DNA of 64,000 nucleotides from Alphaproteobacteria bacterium. Lineage in GTDB: Bacteria > Pseudomonadota > Alphaproteobacteria > CAAHEQ01 > UBA3637. Under the pieces are notes generated by a model, which worked only from the letters and a program-made list of their open reading frames with translations, did no database searches and had not been told where the DNA came from. The stretch is taken from NCBI GenBank assembly GCA_017559525.1, contig JAFYRI010000009.1, forward strand, positions 82,148-146,147. Direction: 5' to 3'. The position numbers and the translations under genes are program-made. This document shows, one piece after another, positions 1-9,876 of this stretch; the first letter of the stretch is position 1, and every line of letters begins with the position of its first letter.

Positions 1-1
1 G

Positions 2-133
2 ATTTTGAAAAACGTACCCGAGATTGCATTTGTGTCTTTTACTGATAAAGATGTTGTGCGTCATGGACTTGTTTCTAAAATTGTTAAGGCATATGAAAAG
101 GCTAATGCCGTGCAGGTGGAGATAGATAAATAA
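2..133 (+). CDS. phoH: PhoH-family protein, C-terminal fragment (gene starts before the window)
   Basis: Frame from base 2 reads [32 protein letters not shown]...*. DVVRHxLV is the PhoH C-terminal motif. Stop overlaps the ybeY ATG (TAATG). Confidence 0.88.
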   Translation: MLKNVPEIAFVSFTDKDVVRHGLVSKIVKAYEKANAVQVEIDK

Positions 134-606
134 TGCTGCAAATTGATATACAAGTATCCGATAAGCGGTATTATCTTAAAAAGGTGTTTTTAAAAACATT
201 TTGTCGGCGCGTTATTGAAGCTGCTTGGGGGTATATGAAAGCTTATCGGCCGGCTGAGGTATCTCTTGTATTGACGAATGACGCCTTTATTACAGAATTG
301 AATCGTGATTATCGTGGTAAAAATAATCCAACAAATGTGCTATCATTTGAAACTGCGATGAAGCCTGTTAAAGGTCAGCCATTTATTGCTGGTGATATTA
401 TAGTTGCTTATGAAACAGTTGCGCGTGAAGCAGCTGAACAAGGTAAAAGTTTTGAGGCACATTTAGCTCATTTGTTGGTGCATGGTACTCTTCATTTATT
501 GGGCGAAGACCATTTAATGGATAAGCAAGCTGATAAAATGGAAGCTAAAGAAATTAAAATTATGAAACAATTGGGATACGAAAATCCGTATCAGGAGAAA
601 GTATGA
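133..606 (+). CDS. ybeY: rRNA maturation endoribonuclease YbeY
   Basis: LNRDYRGKNNPTNVLSF and HGTLHLLGEDH metal-binding motif; phoH-ybeY-corC synteny. Confidence 0.95.
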   Translation: MLQIDIQVSDKRYYLKKVFLKTFCRRVIEAAWGYMKAYRPAEVSLVLTNDAFITELNRDYRGKNNPTNVLSFETAMKPVKGQPFIAGDIIVAYETVAREAAEQGKSFEAHLAHLLVHGTLHLLGEDHLMDKQADKMEAKEIKIMKQLGYENPYQEKV

Positions 607-1502
607 GTTTTATTCACAGATTAAAATCGTTAATTGTTAAACATCCAGAAGAAGAGCAGGTTTTAGAAACTATTGAAGGGATTATGGATGCACGTGAAGA
701 ACGTGGCGATACGTTGTTAGTCAATCAAGATGAATTATTGCTTTTGAAAAATTTATTCAGACTGCGTGATGTGCGTGCGAATCAAATTATGATTCCTCGT
801 ATAGATATTGCAGGTATTGCTTTAACAGCAACATTAGATGAGCTTAAGCGATTGGTTATTCGTGATAAATTTACACGTATGCCTGTATACGACAAAACAT
901 TGGATAATATTGTTGGTATTGTGCATGTAAAAGATTTATTATGTGCCATATTTGATGGTAAAGAATTAAATATTGCAGAAATTATGAATTCAGCTGTATT
1001 ATTTGTGCCACCCGCTATTCGGGCTTTGGATTTGCTTAGAGAAATGCAAGCTAAACGTGCGCAAATGGCTGTAGTCATTGATGAATTTGGCGGAACGGAT
1101 GGCTTAATTACGTTGGAAGATTTATTGGAAGAAATTGTTGGTGAAATTGAAGATGAACATGATGCCTTAGATGAGGCATTACGTTTGAAACAAATCAACA
1201 GTGATTTAATTGAGGCAGATGCGCGTGTTTATATTGATGATTTAGAGGATATGACAGGGCCATTTTTAACTCAAGTTGATAAAGAAGCTGAAATAGATAC
1301 AGTTGGTGGTTTAGTTTTTCACCATGCAGGACGTTTGCCTCATCGGGGAGAAACAATTAAGCATCCATCTGGAATGAAATTTCAAGTTATTGATGTGGAT
1401 GATAGACACATCAAAAAAGTACGTATTTCTCATTTTAAATCTATGCACTTAAAAGAGCTGGTTGTTGAAACAAAGCAGAAAAAGAAAAACAAATGCAAAT
1501 AA
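603..1502 (+). CDS. corC: HlyC/CorC family CBS-domain protein
   Basis: IMIPR, tandem CBS domains, VIDEFGGTDGLITLEDLLEEIVGEIEDEHD, C-terminal CorC domain. Confidence 0.9.
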   Translation: MSFIHRLKSLIVKHPEEEQVLETIEGIMDAREERGDTLLVNQDELLLLKNLFRLRDVRANQIMIPRIDIAGIALTATLDELKRLVIRDKFTRMPVYDKTLDNIVGIVHVKDLLCAIFDGKELNIAEIMNSAVLFVPPAIRALDLLREMQAKRAQMAVVIDEFGGTDGLITLEDLLEEIVGEIEDEHDALDEALRLKQINSDLIEADARVYIDDLEDMTGPFLTQVDKEAEIDTVGGLVFHHAGRLPHRGETIKHPSGMKFQVIDVDDRHIKKVRISHFKSMHLKELVVETKQKKKNKCK

Positions 1503-2698
1503 TTACATTCGGATGTCGATTGAATATTTTTGAATCTGCTGCAATGGAAAAATTAGCTGGCGATGTTTTATCGGATGTTATTTTATTTAATACTTGTGCT
1601 GTTACAGCTGAGGCAGAACGTCAATTAAGACAAGCTATTCGTCGTGCAAAACGCGAAAATCCAATGTCTAAAATTTATGTGACAGGATGTGCAGCTCAAT
1701 TACATCCAGAAGTTTATGCGAAGATGCCAGAAGTTGATCGTGTTTTGGGTAATCGTGAAAAATTATCTAAATCAGCATTGCTGGGTACGGATAAAATTAT
1801 GTCGGTTCCATTTGAAAAAGATGAGCATATTGATGTTGATGTGCCAATTGTATCTGATTTCGATGGTAAAACAAAGGCTTTTTTGCAGATTCAACAAGGG
1901 TGTGACAATGCTTGTACCTTTTGTGTAGTATCCAAAATTCGTGGTAAAAACAAAGGATTAGAACCGGATACTATTGTTGCTCAAGCTAAAGAATTTGTGA
2001 AAAATGGGTATCAAGAATTAATTATAACGGGTGTTGATTTAATGGCATATCCATATGGCTTTTGTGATGTTATAAAACGATTGTTGCATGATGTAGATGG
2101 ATTAAAAAGACTTCGTTTTGGCTCATTGGATCCAGCTAGACTAGATGATGATTTTATAGCATTAATGGCTTCTGATAATCGTTTGATGCCTTATTTGCAT
2201 TTATCTGTTCAATCGGGGGATAACTTAATTTTAAAACGTATGGGGCGTCGTCATCGTCGTCAAGATGTAATTGAGTTTGCTCAAAAAATTCGTGCTGTTC
2301 GTCCAGATATGGTATTGGGGGCCGATTTTATCACAGGTTTTCCGACTGAAACAGAAACTCAATTTCAAAATACACTGGATTTAGTAGATGAAGCGGGAAT
2401 TACGCATTTACATGTTTTCCCTTATTCTGAGCGAGATGGAACACCAGCAGCAAAAATGCCTCAATTACCAAAGGAAATCCGTAAAGATCGGGCTAGACGT
2501 TTACGCGAACATGGACATAAAAAGTTTTCATCATTATTGGATGAACAGGTTGGAAAGATATTGTCTGTTTTGGTTGAAAATCAAAGTGAAGGAACAAGTT
2601 CAAATTATTTAAAAGTACATTTTGAAAATCTAGTTCAAGTTGGAAATATTATTGATGTAGAGATTAGAGGAAGGAATGAGCATGGGTTGGTTGGATAA
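1493..2698 (+). CDS. mtaB: tRNA methylthiotransferase, MtaB type (radical SAM)
   Basis: TFGCRLN, NTCAVT, VTGCAAQ (UPF0004 domain), CxxxCxxC (CDNACTFC), HVFPYS. Confidence 0.88.
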   Translation: MQIITFGCRLNIFESAAMEKLAGDVLSDVILFNTCAVTAEAERQLRQAIRRAKRENPMSKIYVTGCAAQLHPEVYAKMPEVDRVLGNREKLSKSALLGTDKIMSVPFEKDEHIDVDVPIVSDFDGKTKAFLQIQQGCDNACTFCVVSKIRGKNKGLEPDTIVAQAKEFVKNGYQELIITGVDLMAYPYGFCDVIKRLLHDVDGLKRLRFGSLDPARLDDDFIALMASDNRLMPYLHLSVQSGDNLILKRMGRRHRRQDVIEFAQKIRAVRPDMVLGADFITGFPTETETQFQNTLDLVDEAGITHLHVFPYSERDGTPAAKMPQLPKEIRKDRARRLREHGHKKFSSLLDEQVGKILSVLVENQSEGTSSNYLKVHFENLVQVGNIIDVEIRGRNEHGLVG

Positions 2699-3560
2699 TT
2701 TAAGAAATGGGATGAAAAAAACAGCTGCTGTTTTTAAATTAACAAAGGTTGATTGGGATTCTTTAGAAGAGTTAGAAGAGGCTCTATTACGTGCAGATAC
2801 AGGTTATACAACGACAGATGAAATTGTTGAAAGCTTAAAGAAAAAACGCCCTCAAAATATGGATGAATTAAAGGCTTTAATGCGTGAAGAAATTATTGCG
2901 CGTTTAACCCCTGTAGCAAAACCATTGCAAATCGATACCACGAAAAAGCCTTATGTTATTTTGATGACGGGTGTTAATGGCGCTGGTAAAACAACAACGA
3001 TTGGGAAACTGGGGCAATACTATAAATCATTAGGATTTAAAGTTTCTTTTGTTGCTGCAGATACATTTCGCGCTGGTGCAACAGAACAACTGCAAGAGTG
3101 GGGAAAGAAAATAGGGTGTCCTGTTTACAGTGCTCAAACGGGGGCTGATGCTGCTGGTTTAGTTTTTGATGCAATCAAACGTGCAACAGAGCAAAGAGAT
3201 GATATTTTATTAGTGGATACAGCTGGGCGTTTACATAATAAAACAGATCTAATGAATGAGTTAGCTAAAATTGTTCGTGTTATGAAGAAAGTAGATGAAT
3301 CAGCGCCACATTCTGCTGTTTTGGTATTAGATGCAACTGTTGGTCAAAATGCAATTGTTCAGGTGAAAGCTTTTAAAGAGTGTGCTTCATTGACGGGTTT
3401 GATTTTAACAAAGCTAGATGGTACAGCAAAAGGGGGAATATTATTGGCTTTAACAAAGGAATTTGGTTTGCCAATACACGCAATTGGTGTTGGTGAACGA
3501 GCCGAAGATTTGCATGATTTTACAGCAGAACAATATGTTATTTCACTTTTAGGAGACTAG
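2676..3560 (+). CDS. ftsY: Signal recognition particle receptor FtsY (NG domain only)
   Basis: GVNGAGKTTTIGK, DTFRAGA, DTAGRLH, TKLDGTAKGG. Confidence 0.95.
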   Translation: MSMGWLDNLRNGMKKTAAVFKLTKVDWDSLEELEEALLRADTGYTTTDEIVESLKKKRPQNMDELKALMREEIIARLTPVAKPLQIDTTKKPYVILMTGVNGAGKTTTIGKLGQYYKSLGFKVSFVAADTFRAGATEQLQEWGKKIGCPVYSAQTGADAAGLVFDAIKRATEQRDDILLVDTAGRLHNKTDLMNELAKIVRVMKKVDESAPHSAVLVLDATVGQNAIVQVKAFKECASLTGLILTKLDGTAKGGILLALTKEFGLPIHAIGVGERAEDLHDFTAEQYVISLLGD

Positions 3561-3571
3561 AGGATAACTAA

Positions 3572-6337
3572 ATGACTTCATTAAAATCATTGATTATAAA
3601 AGCGGTTAATATGCCAATCAAACAATTGTGTTTGTTGTTGTTCATTATGTTAACAGTTTTTATTAAATCTGTGGTAGTTTCCTTTTTAGATATTAGTATT
3701 GTAACCGATTATTTAACTGATTTTGGTGTTGTTCATTTGCCTTTTAGTTACATTTTTGGTTCATTTGTTTTAATGGCCGTTGGTTATTATTGTTTGCTGT
3801 TTGAACGTCGTCATGGTTATGGTAGTATTCCTGTTTGTATGGTTATATTGCTGATTTTTATAGGAATATCTGGTTGGATTCAAAGAGGCGATTTTTTTTG
3901 GATGAATTTTGCCTTTTGGTTTAATTTAGGACTCTTTGGATTGTTGGGGGCTGCTTTTTGGTCTGTTGCTAGTAGATTTGTTCCTTTGCAATTGGAATCT
4001 CGTAAGTTTATAGCTATTTTATGTACAGAGTTAATAGGCTTTGCTTTTGGAGGTAGTTTTATTTCTTTTCTACATTGGCAAACTTATGATGTTATAGTGG
4101 CCTCTTTAATTTTATTAACAGTATTTGTTGGTTTTTTAAAAATTTTAACATGTTTAGCGCCTGTTGAAAGTGAAACCTTTTTGCAAAAAACGGGTGGGGC
4201 TCAAGATAGTGCTGCATTTAAATTAATCTATTGTTTATTAGGATATTCATTCACATATATGTTGGCAAAAGGTGTTTTGTTTTATTCTTTTTATCAAACA
4301 TTAACACAACGAGGTTCTTTATTAGTTGATTTAGCCAATACATGGACTTTATTTGGTGCAGTTGGTTTGGGTATGGTTTTGGTTTTATATCAAACGCGCT
4401 TTTTATATATGATTGTTCCAGGGATTATGATTTTTTCAGGATCTTTTTTATTAGCTGGAACGGCAGTTATTACGCATTCATATGATTTGATGCTTACTGC
4501 TATCATTGTATTTATGGCCAGTGGTTATTTTTATTTGATGCCTTTTTTAACCATGTTGTTAAGACCATTAGCAGTTGGGCGAACAAAACGTATAAAATGG
4601 TTAAGAATGATTTATATTGAACCGCTCGGTTTTATGTTTGCGGGTGTGTTTTTATATTTTTGTGAAAATGATACATGCTTAGGAGTGACGCTGCAAATAA
4701 TTGGTTTGTTTTTGGCGTTTTTAACATTGGTTTTAGTTAAGTATTATTCTGATATTTTATTGGAATCTTTTAAGCGACGTCAGTGGCGAGGGGGGCCATT
4801 AATTTTATCTCAAAAAAATGTGCTAAATTATTTGTTGGATCTTTTGAAATCTGAAAATGCGAATGAAGTTATTTACAGTATGCGAATTTTGGGTATTTCT
4901 AAACATCCTGCTTTTGAAAAGAATTTAGTAAAGTTATTGAGACATCCTAATGATACTGTACGATTATTTTCTTTAAATCGTATTGAATTATATCAAATGG
5001 GATTGTTTTATAAAAGTATTGAAAATGTAATGAATAAGGATAAATCATCGACTGTTCGTCAATATGCTTTAAGCATGTTAATGCAATCAGATTATGAATA
5101 TCAAGGAAAAAGACCCGAAAAATATATGCGCTATTTATCGGATAGAAATTTACGTGCCGGCGTTTTGATCGGGTTATTAAAAGCCGGTGGTGATTATGCA
5201 TTAATGGCAATGGACACTCTTCAAAGATTAGCTTTTTCAAAGAAGAGTTTTGAAAATATTGAAGCATTGAAGATTATAGAGCATGTTCCACTATCTGGTT
5301 TAGTACGATTGGTTGAGCCTTTAATGAGACATTCTGATGAAGATGTTGTACATCAAGCTTTATTGACAGCAGGAGCTATGAAGCATCCTCAGTTATTAGG
5401 TGCTGTTTTTGAAGCTTTGGATGATGTGAATTTACAAGAGACAGCGCTGTTATCATTAGAAATGTATGGAAAAAAAGCATTCCCACCGCTTGAAAAAATG
5501 TTACATAGTTCTCAAGTATCAATGAGGCGTAAAAAGATATTGGTTTTATTTTTGGATAGATTGTCTAGCGGGGAGGGAAAACAAATTTTGCTTAGAGCAA
5601 TGTCTGCAGACAATCAAAAATTGCGTAAAAATGTGATGTATGCCTTAATAAATTCGGGTATCGTTTGGATACATAAAAGTAAAAAAGCATGGTTAACTAA
5701 GGCTTTACAAAAAGATTTAAAACGTATTCATTTTGAATTAGATTTTATTCAAAATTATACACAGGCTCCTACTCATGAAACTGAAGAAGCGTTGTTGTTT
5801 TTACGCAGAGCATTGGAAGAAGATATTAATAATACGCGAGAGTTAATTTTATTGCAATTACAATTGTTAAAACCACATCCGTTGTTTGCTAAGGCTATAG
5901 CTATTTTGTTAAGTGATAAAAAACAACAATATGAAACGGCATTGGGAGTTATTCAAGATTTTCTGCCCTATCGTTTGTATAAGCAAATTAAACCAATAGC
6001 TTTATTGTCATTAGATAGTAAGATGATGGTTGAAGAACGTATTATATCCGAAAAAATACTGTCAACAAAAATAGGTGAATTGTTGTTAACACCTCCGTTC
6101 GAATTACCATCATGGATTAAAGCGACTGGATTGTATTGTCTTCGTCGATTGGGATGTAATGAGGGTAAAATGGCTGTTGTTGCAGCATTAGAGGATAAAA
6201 ATCCAATTGTATTAGAGGCCGCAATTTGGGCGTTGGTTCGTTTAGAAAAAGATGAAGCCTTTTTGCATGATCTTTTATTGCGTGTGCCAACTAGTCGTTT
6301 AGCAGGTCAATCGTTGGAGCAGATTTTGGAAAGTTAG
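3572..6337 (+). CDS. Multi-pass membrane protein (MFS/NTT-like N-terminus) fused to HEAT/ARM-like repeats
   Basis: About 12 hydrophobic segments in the first ~390 aa, then helical repeats (LLRHPNDTVR, LMRHSDEDVV, ALEDKNPIVLEAAIWAL); followed by a cNMP-domain gene. Confidence 0.6.
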   Translation: MTSLKSLIIKAVNMPIKQLCLLLFIMLTVFIKSVVVSFLDISIVTDYLTDFGVVHLPFSYIFGSFVLMAVGYYCLLFERRHGYGSIPVCMVILLIFIGISGWIQRGDFFWMNFAFWFNLGLFGLLGAAFWSVASRFVPLQLESRKFIAILCTELIGFAFGGSFISFLHWQTYDVIVASLILLTVFVGFLKILTCLAPVESETFLQKTGGAQDSAAFKLIYCLLGYSFTYMLAKGVLFYSFYQTLTQRGSLLVDLANTWTLFGAVGLGMVLVLYQTRFLYMIVPGIMIFSGSFLLAGTAVITHSYDLMLTAIIVFMASGYFYLMPFLTMLLRPLAVGRTKRIKWLRMIYIEPLGFMFAGVFLYFCENDTCLGVTLQIIGLFLAFLTLVLVKYYSDILLESFKRRQWRGGPLILSQKNVLNYLLDLLKSENANEVIYSMRILGISKHPAFEKNLVKLLRHPNDTVRLFSLNRIELYQMGLFYKSIENVMNKDKSSTVRQYALSMLMQSDYEYQGKRPEKYMRYLSDRNLRAGVLIGLLKAGGDYALMAMDTLQRLAFSKKSFENIEALKIIEHVPLSGLVRLVEPLMRHSDEDVVHQALLTAGAMKHPQLLGAVFEALDDVNLQETALLSLEMYGKKAFPPLEKMLHSSQVSMRRKKILVLFLDRLSSGEGKQILLRAMSADNQKLRKNVMYALINSGIVWIHKSKKAWLTKALQKDLKRIHFELDFIQNYTQAPTHETEEALLFLRRALEEDINNTRELILLQLQLLKPHPLFAKAIAILLSDKKQQYETALGVIQDFLPYRLYKQIKPIALLSLDSKMMVEERIISEKILSTKIGELLLTPPFELPSWIKATGLYCLRRLGCNEGKMAVVAALEDKNPIVLEAAIWALVRLEKDEAFLHDLLLRVPTSRLAGQSLEQILES

Positions 6338-6346
6338 GAGTAAAGT

Positions 6347-6769
6347 ATGGCTATTACATTTGAAAAAGTTTTGGTGTTAAAAAATATTTCAATTTTTGAG
6401 GATGCATCTGAAATGGCTTTGGCTGATTTAGTTTCTGCTTGTGAAGAAAAAACGTATAAAGCAGGTGAAGTTATTGTAGATAATAAAACATCAAATCGGT
6501 ATTTGTATATTATTTTGTCTGGGTCGGTTAGAGTTATGGATGGAGAAACAGTTGTGCATGAATTAAGTGCGCGCCAGTTTTTTGGGGAAACAACCGTATT
6601 TAGCCCTGCTATTTTGCCATTTGAAAGTATTGCTCATGAAAAAACAACTGTTTTACGTATCGGGGGAAATCAGTTGTATCAAATGATGTCTTTACATCCA
6701 ACACTTGGGAAAGGTTTTATTGGAGAACTGTCTAGACGGTTGCGTCAAGAACAAATGAAAAATATTTAA
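6347..6769 (+). CDS. Stand-alone cyclic-nucleotide-binding domain protein
   Basis: EKVLVLKNISIF, LYIILSGSVRV, FFGE cNMP-fold motifs; no HTH. Confidence 0.8.
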   Translation: MAITFEKVLVLKNISIFEDASEMALADLVSACEEKTYKAGEVIVDNKTSNRYLYIILSGSVRVMDGETVVHELSARQFFGETTVFSPAILPFESIAHEKTTVLRIGGNQLYQMMSLHPTLGKGFIGELSRRLRQEQMKNI

Positions 6770-6836
6770 AAAACAGATTGATTTTTTTTAAAAGACGTTT
6801 TATAGTATTAATTAGATTTTTTAAAAGGAGTAAAAA

Positions 6837-7772
6837 ATGGTAAAAAAAATAAGAAAAGAAACAAATGTAACAGAAACTTCTGTTCAAATATCTAACAAGA
6901 AAACGTCAGTTGTTCGTATTTCGATAGCCAGCGTTTTATTTGTTGTTACAGCTTTTATTTGGTATCAAGTTGGTGTTGTTTTGTTCGGATTTACAGGTAT
7001 TAAAGCTCCTGTTATGAAGGCAATTAAAAAGACATATTCTGAAGAAACAGTGGTTGCCGAAATTAATGGTCATTTAATCAAGTTAAAAGATGTTCGTGCT
7101 TTTGTTCAAGATGTGCCACAATTATCCGAATTGCCATTTGAAATGATTTACCCGCAAGTTTTGGATAATATGATTAATACACGTGTATTGGTTAGTGGAG
7201 CCGAAGCAACAGGTGTTAGTAAAGAAGCTGATGTAAGAAAAGCATTGAAGATGGCTAGAGAACAAATTTTATCTCAAGCTTATTTAACAAAGCAATTAGA
7301 AAAAGAAATGACTCCTGAGGTGTTGCAAGCTTTATATTTAGAAGAAATGAAAAATTATGAACCACAAGAAGAAATTAAAGCTCGTCATATTTTAGTTGAT
7401 TCTCAAAAAGAAGCTGAAAATATTTTGTTCCAATTAAAAGCCGGTGCAAATTTTGCAACTTTGGCAAATGAAAAATCTACAGATAAAAATGCAAATGGCG
7501 GTGATTTGGGGGATTACTTCACTGCTAATATGATGATTCCAGAATTCAGTCGTCCTGTATTTGCATTGAAAAAAGGTGAATTATCTGCTCCAATTAAAAC
7601 ACCATATGGATGGCATATTGTATTAGTTGAAGATAAACGTTTGGCTGAAGCTCCTGCATTTGAAGTAATGCAAGATGCATTGAAACAATTATATGCAGAA
7701 CGCAATATGAAAAATGTATTGCAAGCTGAACGTGATAAAGCAAATGTAAAAGTATATCAACCAAATTTATAA
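6837..7772 (+). CDS. PpiC/parvulin-type peptidyl-prolyl isomerase, membrane anchored
   Basis: ARHILV, ANFATLANEKSTD, GGDLG, PIKTPYGWHIV; N-terminal TM. Confidence 0.9.
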   Translation: MVKKIRKETNVTETSVQISNKKTSVVRISIASVLFVVTAFIWYQVGVVLFGFTGIKAPVMKAIKKTYSEETVVAEINGHLIKLKDVRAFVQDVPQLSELPFEMIYPQVLDNMINTRVLVSGAEATGVSKEADVRKALKMAREQILSQAYLTKQLEKEMTPEVLQALYLEEMKNYEPQEEIKARHILVDSQKEAENILFQLKAGANFATLANEKSTDKNANGGDLGDYFTANMMIPEFSRPVFALKKGELSAPIKTPYGWHIVLVEDKRLAEAPAFEVMQDALKQLYAERNMKNVLQAERDKANVKVYQPNL

Positions 7773-7793
7773 TTGCTTGAATGCGTTAAATAT

Positions 7794-7828
7794 ATCCTCT
7801 GTCTTTTATCGGACAGAGGATTTTTTTT
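7794..7828 (+). terminator. Intrinsic terminator after PPIase
   Basis: ATCCTCTGTC / GACAGAGGAT stem followed by a T run. Confidence 0.8.
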
Positions 7829-7855
7829 GATGCATTAAAAATCTGTTGCAATTTT

Positions 7856-9394
7856 GTGATAAATAATATAAATACTCATAGTATGAGCATGAAACAAAAT
7901 AACCCCATATTTACTTATAACGTTTCTATTTTAAAGAAGCTATTGAAGTTGTACGCACACAGACACACGCCGTTAGTTTTTGACAGGTCAAAATCTGCAA
8001 TTGCGGAAATGGGGCGGAGTATGGTTGAAATCATTGGCATGTTGGCGGTGGCCGGCGTATTGTCCATTGGTGGAGTCATGGGATATCGATATGCGATTGA
8101 TAAAAGCAAAGCCAATAGATTAATGAAAGATGTAGAAACGGCTTATGTATCCGTTAATGCAATGGCTAACCGAGAGGCTGGAGTTTTGACAAAGGTTGAT
8201 TTTGAACCATCCAGTGGGTATTCGATGTGGACGGAATTAATTGGTGATGAAGAGTTTCGAACTGATATCATTTTGGCTAAAAATGTACCTGAAACTGTTT
8301 GCAATATGATTTTGGAAATGACCGAAAATACTCAATGGGTGATTTCTTCAATTGAAACTGATACGAATTATTTATACCCGTTAAAAGAATGCGCTAAAGA
8401 AAATGCACTAGTTTTTTCATTGGATGACGTGTCCAATTTTGTATACGTTTGCGAAAAAGATTGTCCCGCTAACATGATGTGCAACGTGAATGATGAATGT
8501 GTCTGTGAAGCCGGCTTTAATACAGATGAAAATGGTAACTGTATTGCAAAAGAATGTAATTTGACGCAAGGTCCTGAAGCCCAAACAGAACGTTTTTGTT
8601 GCGAAAGTTTAGGGGGATATTGGAATTATGATACAGACCCCGAGATGTGCGGTTGTCCTGAGGGATATTTCTTTAATGGGAAAGAATGTGCTGTTGATAA
8701 TTGGTGTAGCTATACATTAAGTGTGCCGGAAATTGTCCAAGCCTATGAATCCGATTGTGCTTATGATTTTACGATTCCAGAAATTGTCCAAGCCTATGAA
8801 TCCGATTGTACATATGACTATACGATTACAGAGACAGATGGTGTAATTACAACAACCATGACTCCGGGGGATAAGAAATGTGTAAGTGGTTATTGTATCT
8901 TGAATTGGTCTAATAACTCTTGTTCATCTTCTGTCAGTACATATGCCACGGGTACGACAACAACGTTGTATGGTCGATGTGCTCCATTTGATGAATATTA
9001 TAATGTTTGTCAGAATAAACCGAATGCTGAAGTAACAATGACACCAGTAGCAGGTAAAACGTGCAAAAATGGTTATTGTATTTTGAATTGGAGTAATGAA
9101 ACTTGTTCATCAAATGTTGGTACATATGGGGTTAACACAATAACTCGTATTTATGGTCGTTGCGCGCCATTTGATGAATACTATAACGTTTGTCAAAATA
9201 AAATAGGTGGAGAAGTATTAATGACTCCGAAAAGAGGATGTTATGAGGAAAATACTTATTGTTCTATTTTATGGGGCAGTAATATGTGTCAAGGTGTCGG
9301 AACATATGGGGCAAATACGACACAAGAATTATTTGGTGTATGCTTAAAATATGATGGTATTGGTGATATGGCTTGTCCATTTAAGACGAAGTAA
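7856..9394 (+). CDS. Type IV pilin/pseudopilin-like N-terminus with Cys-rich extracellular domains (start may be ATG 7883 or 7889)
   Basis: G-RSMVEIIGMLAVAGVLSIGG (class III signal-like, Glu at +5), then EGF-like Cys clusters and three internal repeats. Confidence 0.7.
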   Translation: MINNINTHSMSMKQNNPIFTYNVSILKKLLKLYAHRHTPLVFDRSKSAIAEMGRSMVEIIGMLAVAGVLSIGGVMGYRYAIDKSKANRLMKDVETAYVSVNAMANREAGVLTKVDFEPSSGYSMWTELIGDEEFRTDIILAKNVPETVCNMILEMTENTQWVISSIETDTNYLYPLKECAKENALVFSLDDVSNFVYVCEKDCPANMMCNVNDECVCEAGFNTDENGNCIAKECNLTQGPEAQTERFCCESLGGYWNYDTDPEMCGCPEGYFFNGKECAVDNWCSYTLSVPEIVQAYESDCAYDFTIPEIVQAYESDCTYDYTITETDGVITTTMTPGDKKCVSGYCILNWSNNSCSSSVSTYATGTTTTLYGRCAPFDEYYNVCQNKPNAEVTMTPVAGKTCKNGYCILNWSNETCSSNVGTYGVNTITRIYGRCAPFDEYYNVCQNKIGGEVLMTPKRGCYEENTYCSILWGSNMCQGVGTYGANTTQELFGVCLKYDGIGDMACPFKTK

Positions 9395-9453
9395 ATCGTT
9401 TTTATAATAGATAAAATAAACGAAAATGTATTTTAAATGTGAAGGGAAAAATA

Positions 9454-9870
9454 ATGAAGAAAATATTGATTTTGACATGTGGGATTTTAATGGTTTCTTT
9501 TGTTGCAAATGCATGTGAAGGGGTTGTTGTTAAGGGTAACTCTGGAGCGTCTTATTGTCTTAGTAAACATCAAATGAATTGGTATAGTGCTTATGCTTGG
9601 TGTAAAGATCAAGGAAAGGATTTGGTTGAATTGAAAAATGTGTGTGGCGTTGCAGTTCAAGGTTCAAGTTGTCCTGAATTTAAGTTATCTGATGCAGAGA
9701 AAAGCAATATTGAGGCAGCTGGCGCTAAGGCACAGAGTGCTTGGACACAAACTTCTTCTTCTCCTTCGGCCGTTTATTACATATATCTTGGTAATTCTAA
9801 TATTCATGGATGGGGTGATAATAATCATTCTGGGCGAAATAATGTGAATGCACGTGCACTTTGCCAATAA
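9454..9870 (+). CDS. Small secreted protein, probable C-type-lectin-like fold
   Basis: Sec signal (MKKILILTCG...ANA), YCLS..MNWYSAYAWC...L, W-TQTS, C-terminal ALC. Confidence 0.55.
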   Translation: MKKILILTCGILMVSFVANACEGVVVKGNSGASYCLSKHQMNWYSAYAWCKDQGKDLVELKNVCGVAVQGSSCPEFKLSDAEKSNIEAAGAKAQSAWTQTSSSPSAVYYIYLGNSNIHGWGDNNHSGRNNVNARALCQ

Positions 9871-9876
9871 TTGTTT

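Noticed and set aside
9439-9870. Complete diversity-generating retroelement
   Set aside because: No reverse transcriptase or template repeat seen in the window.
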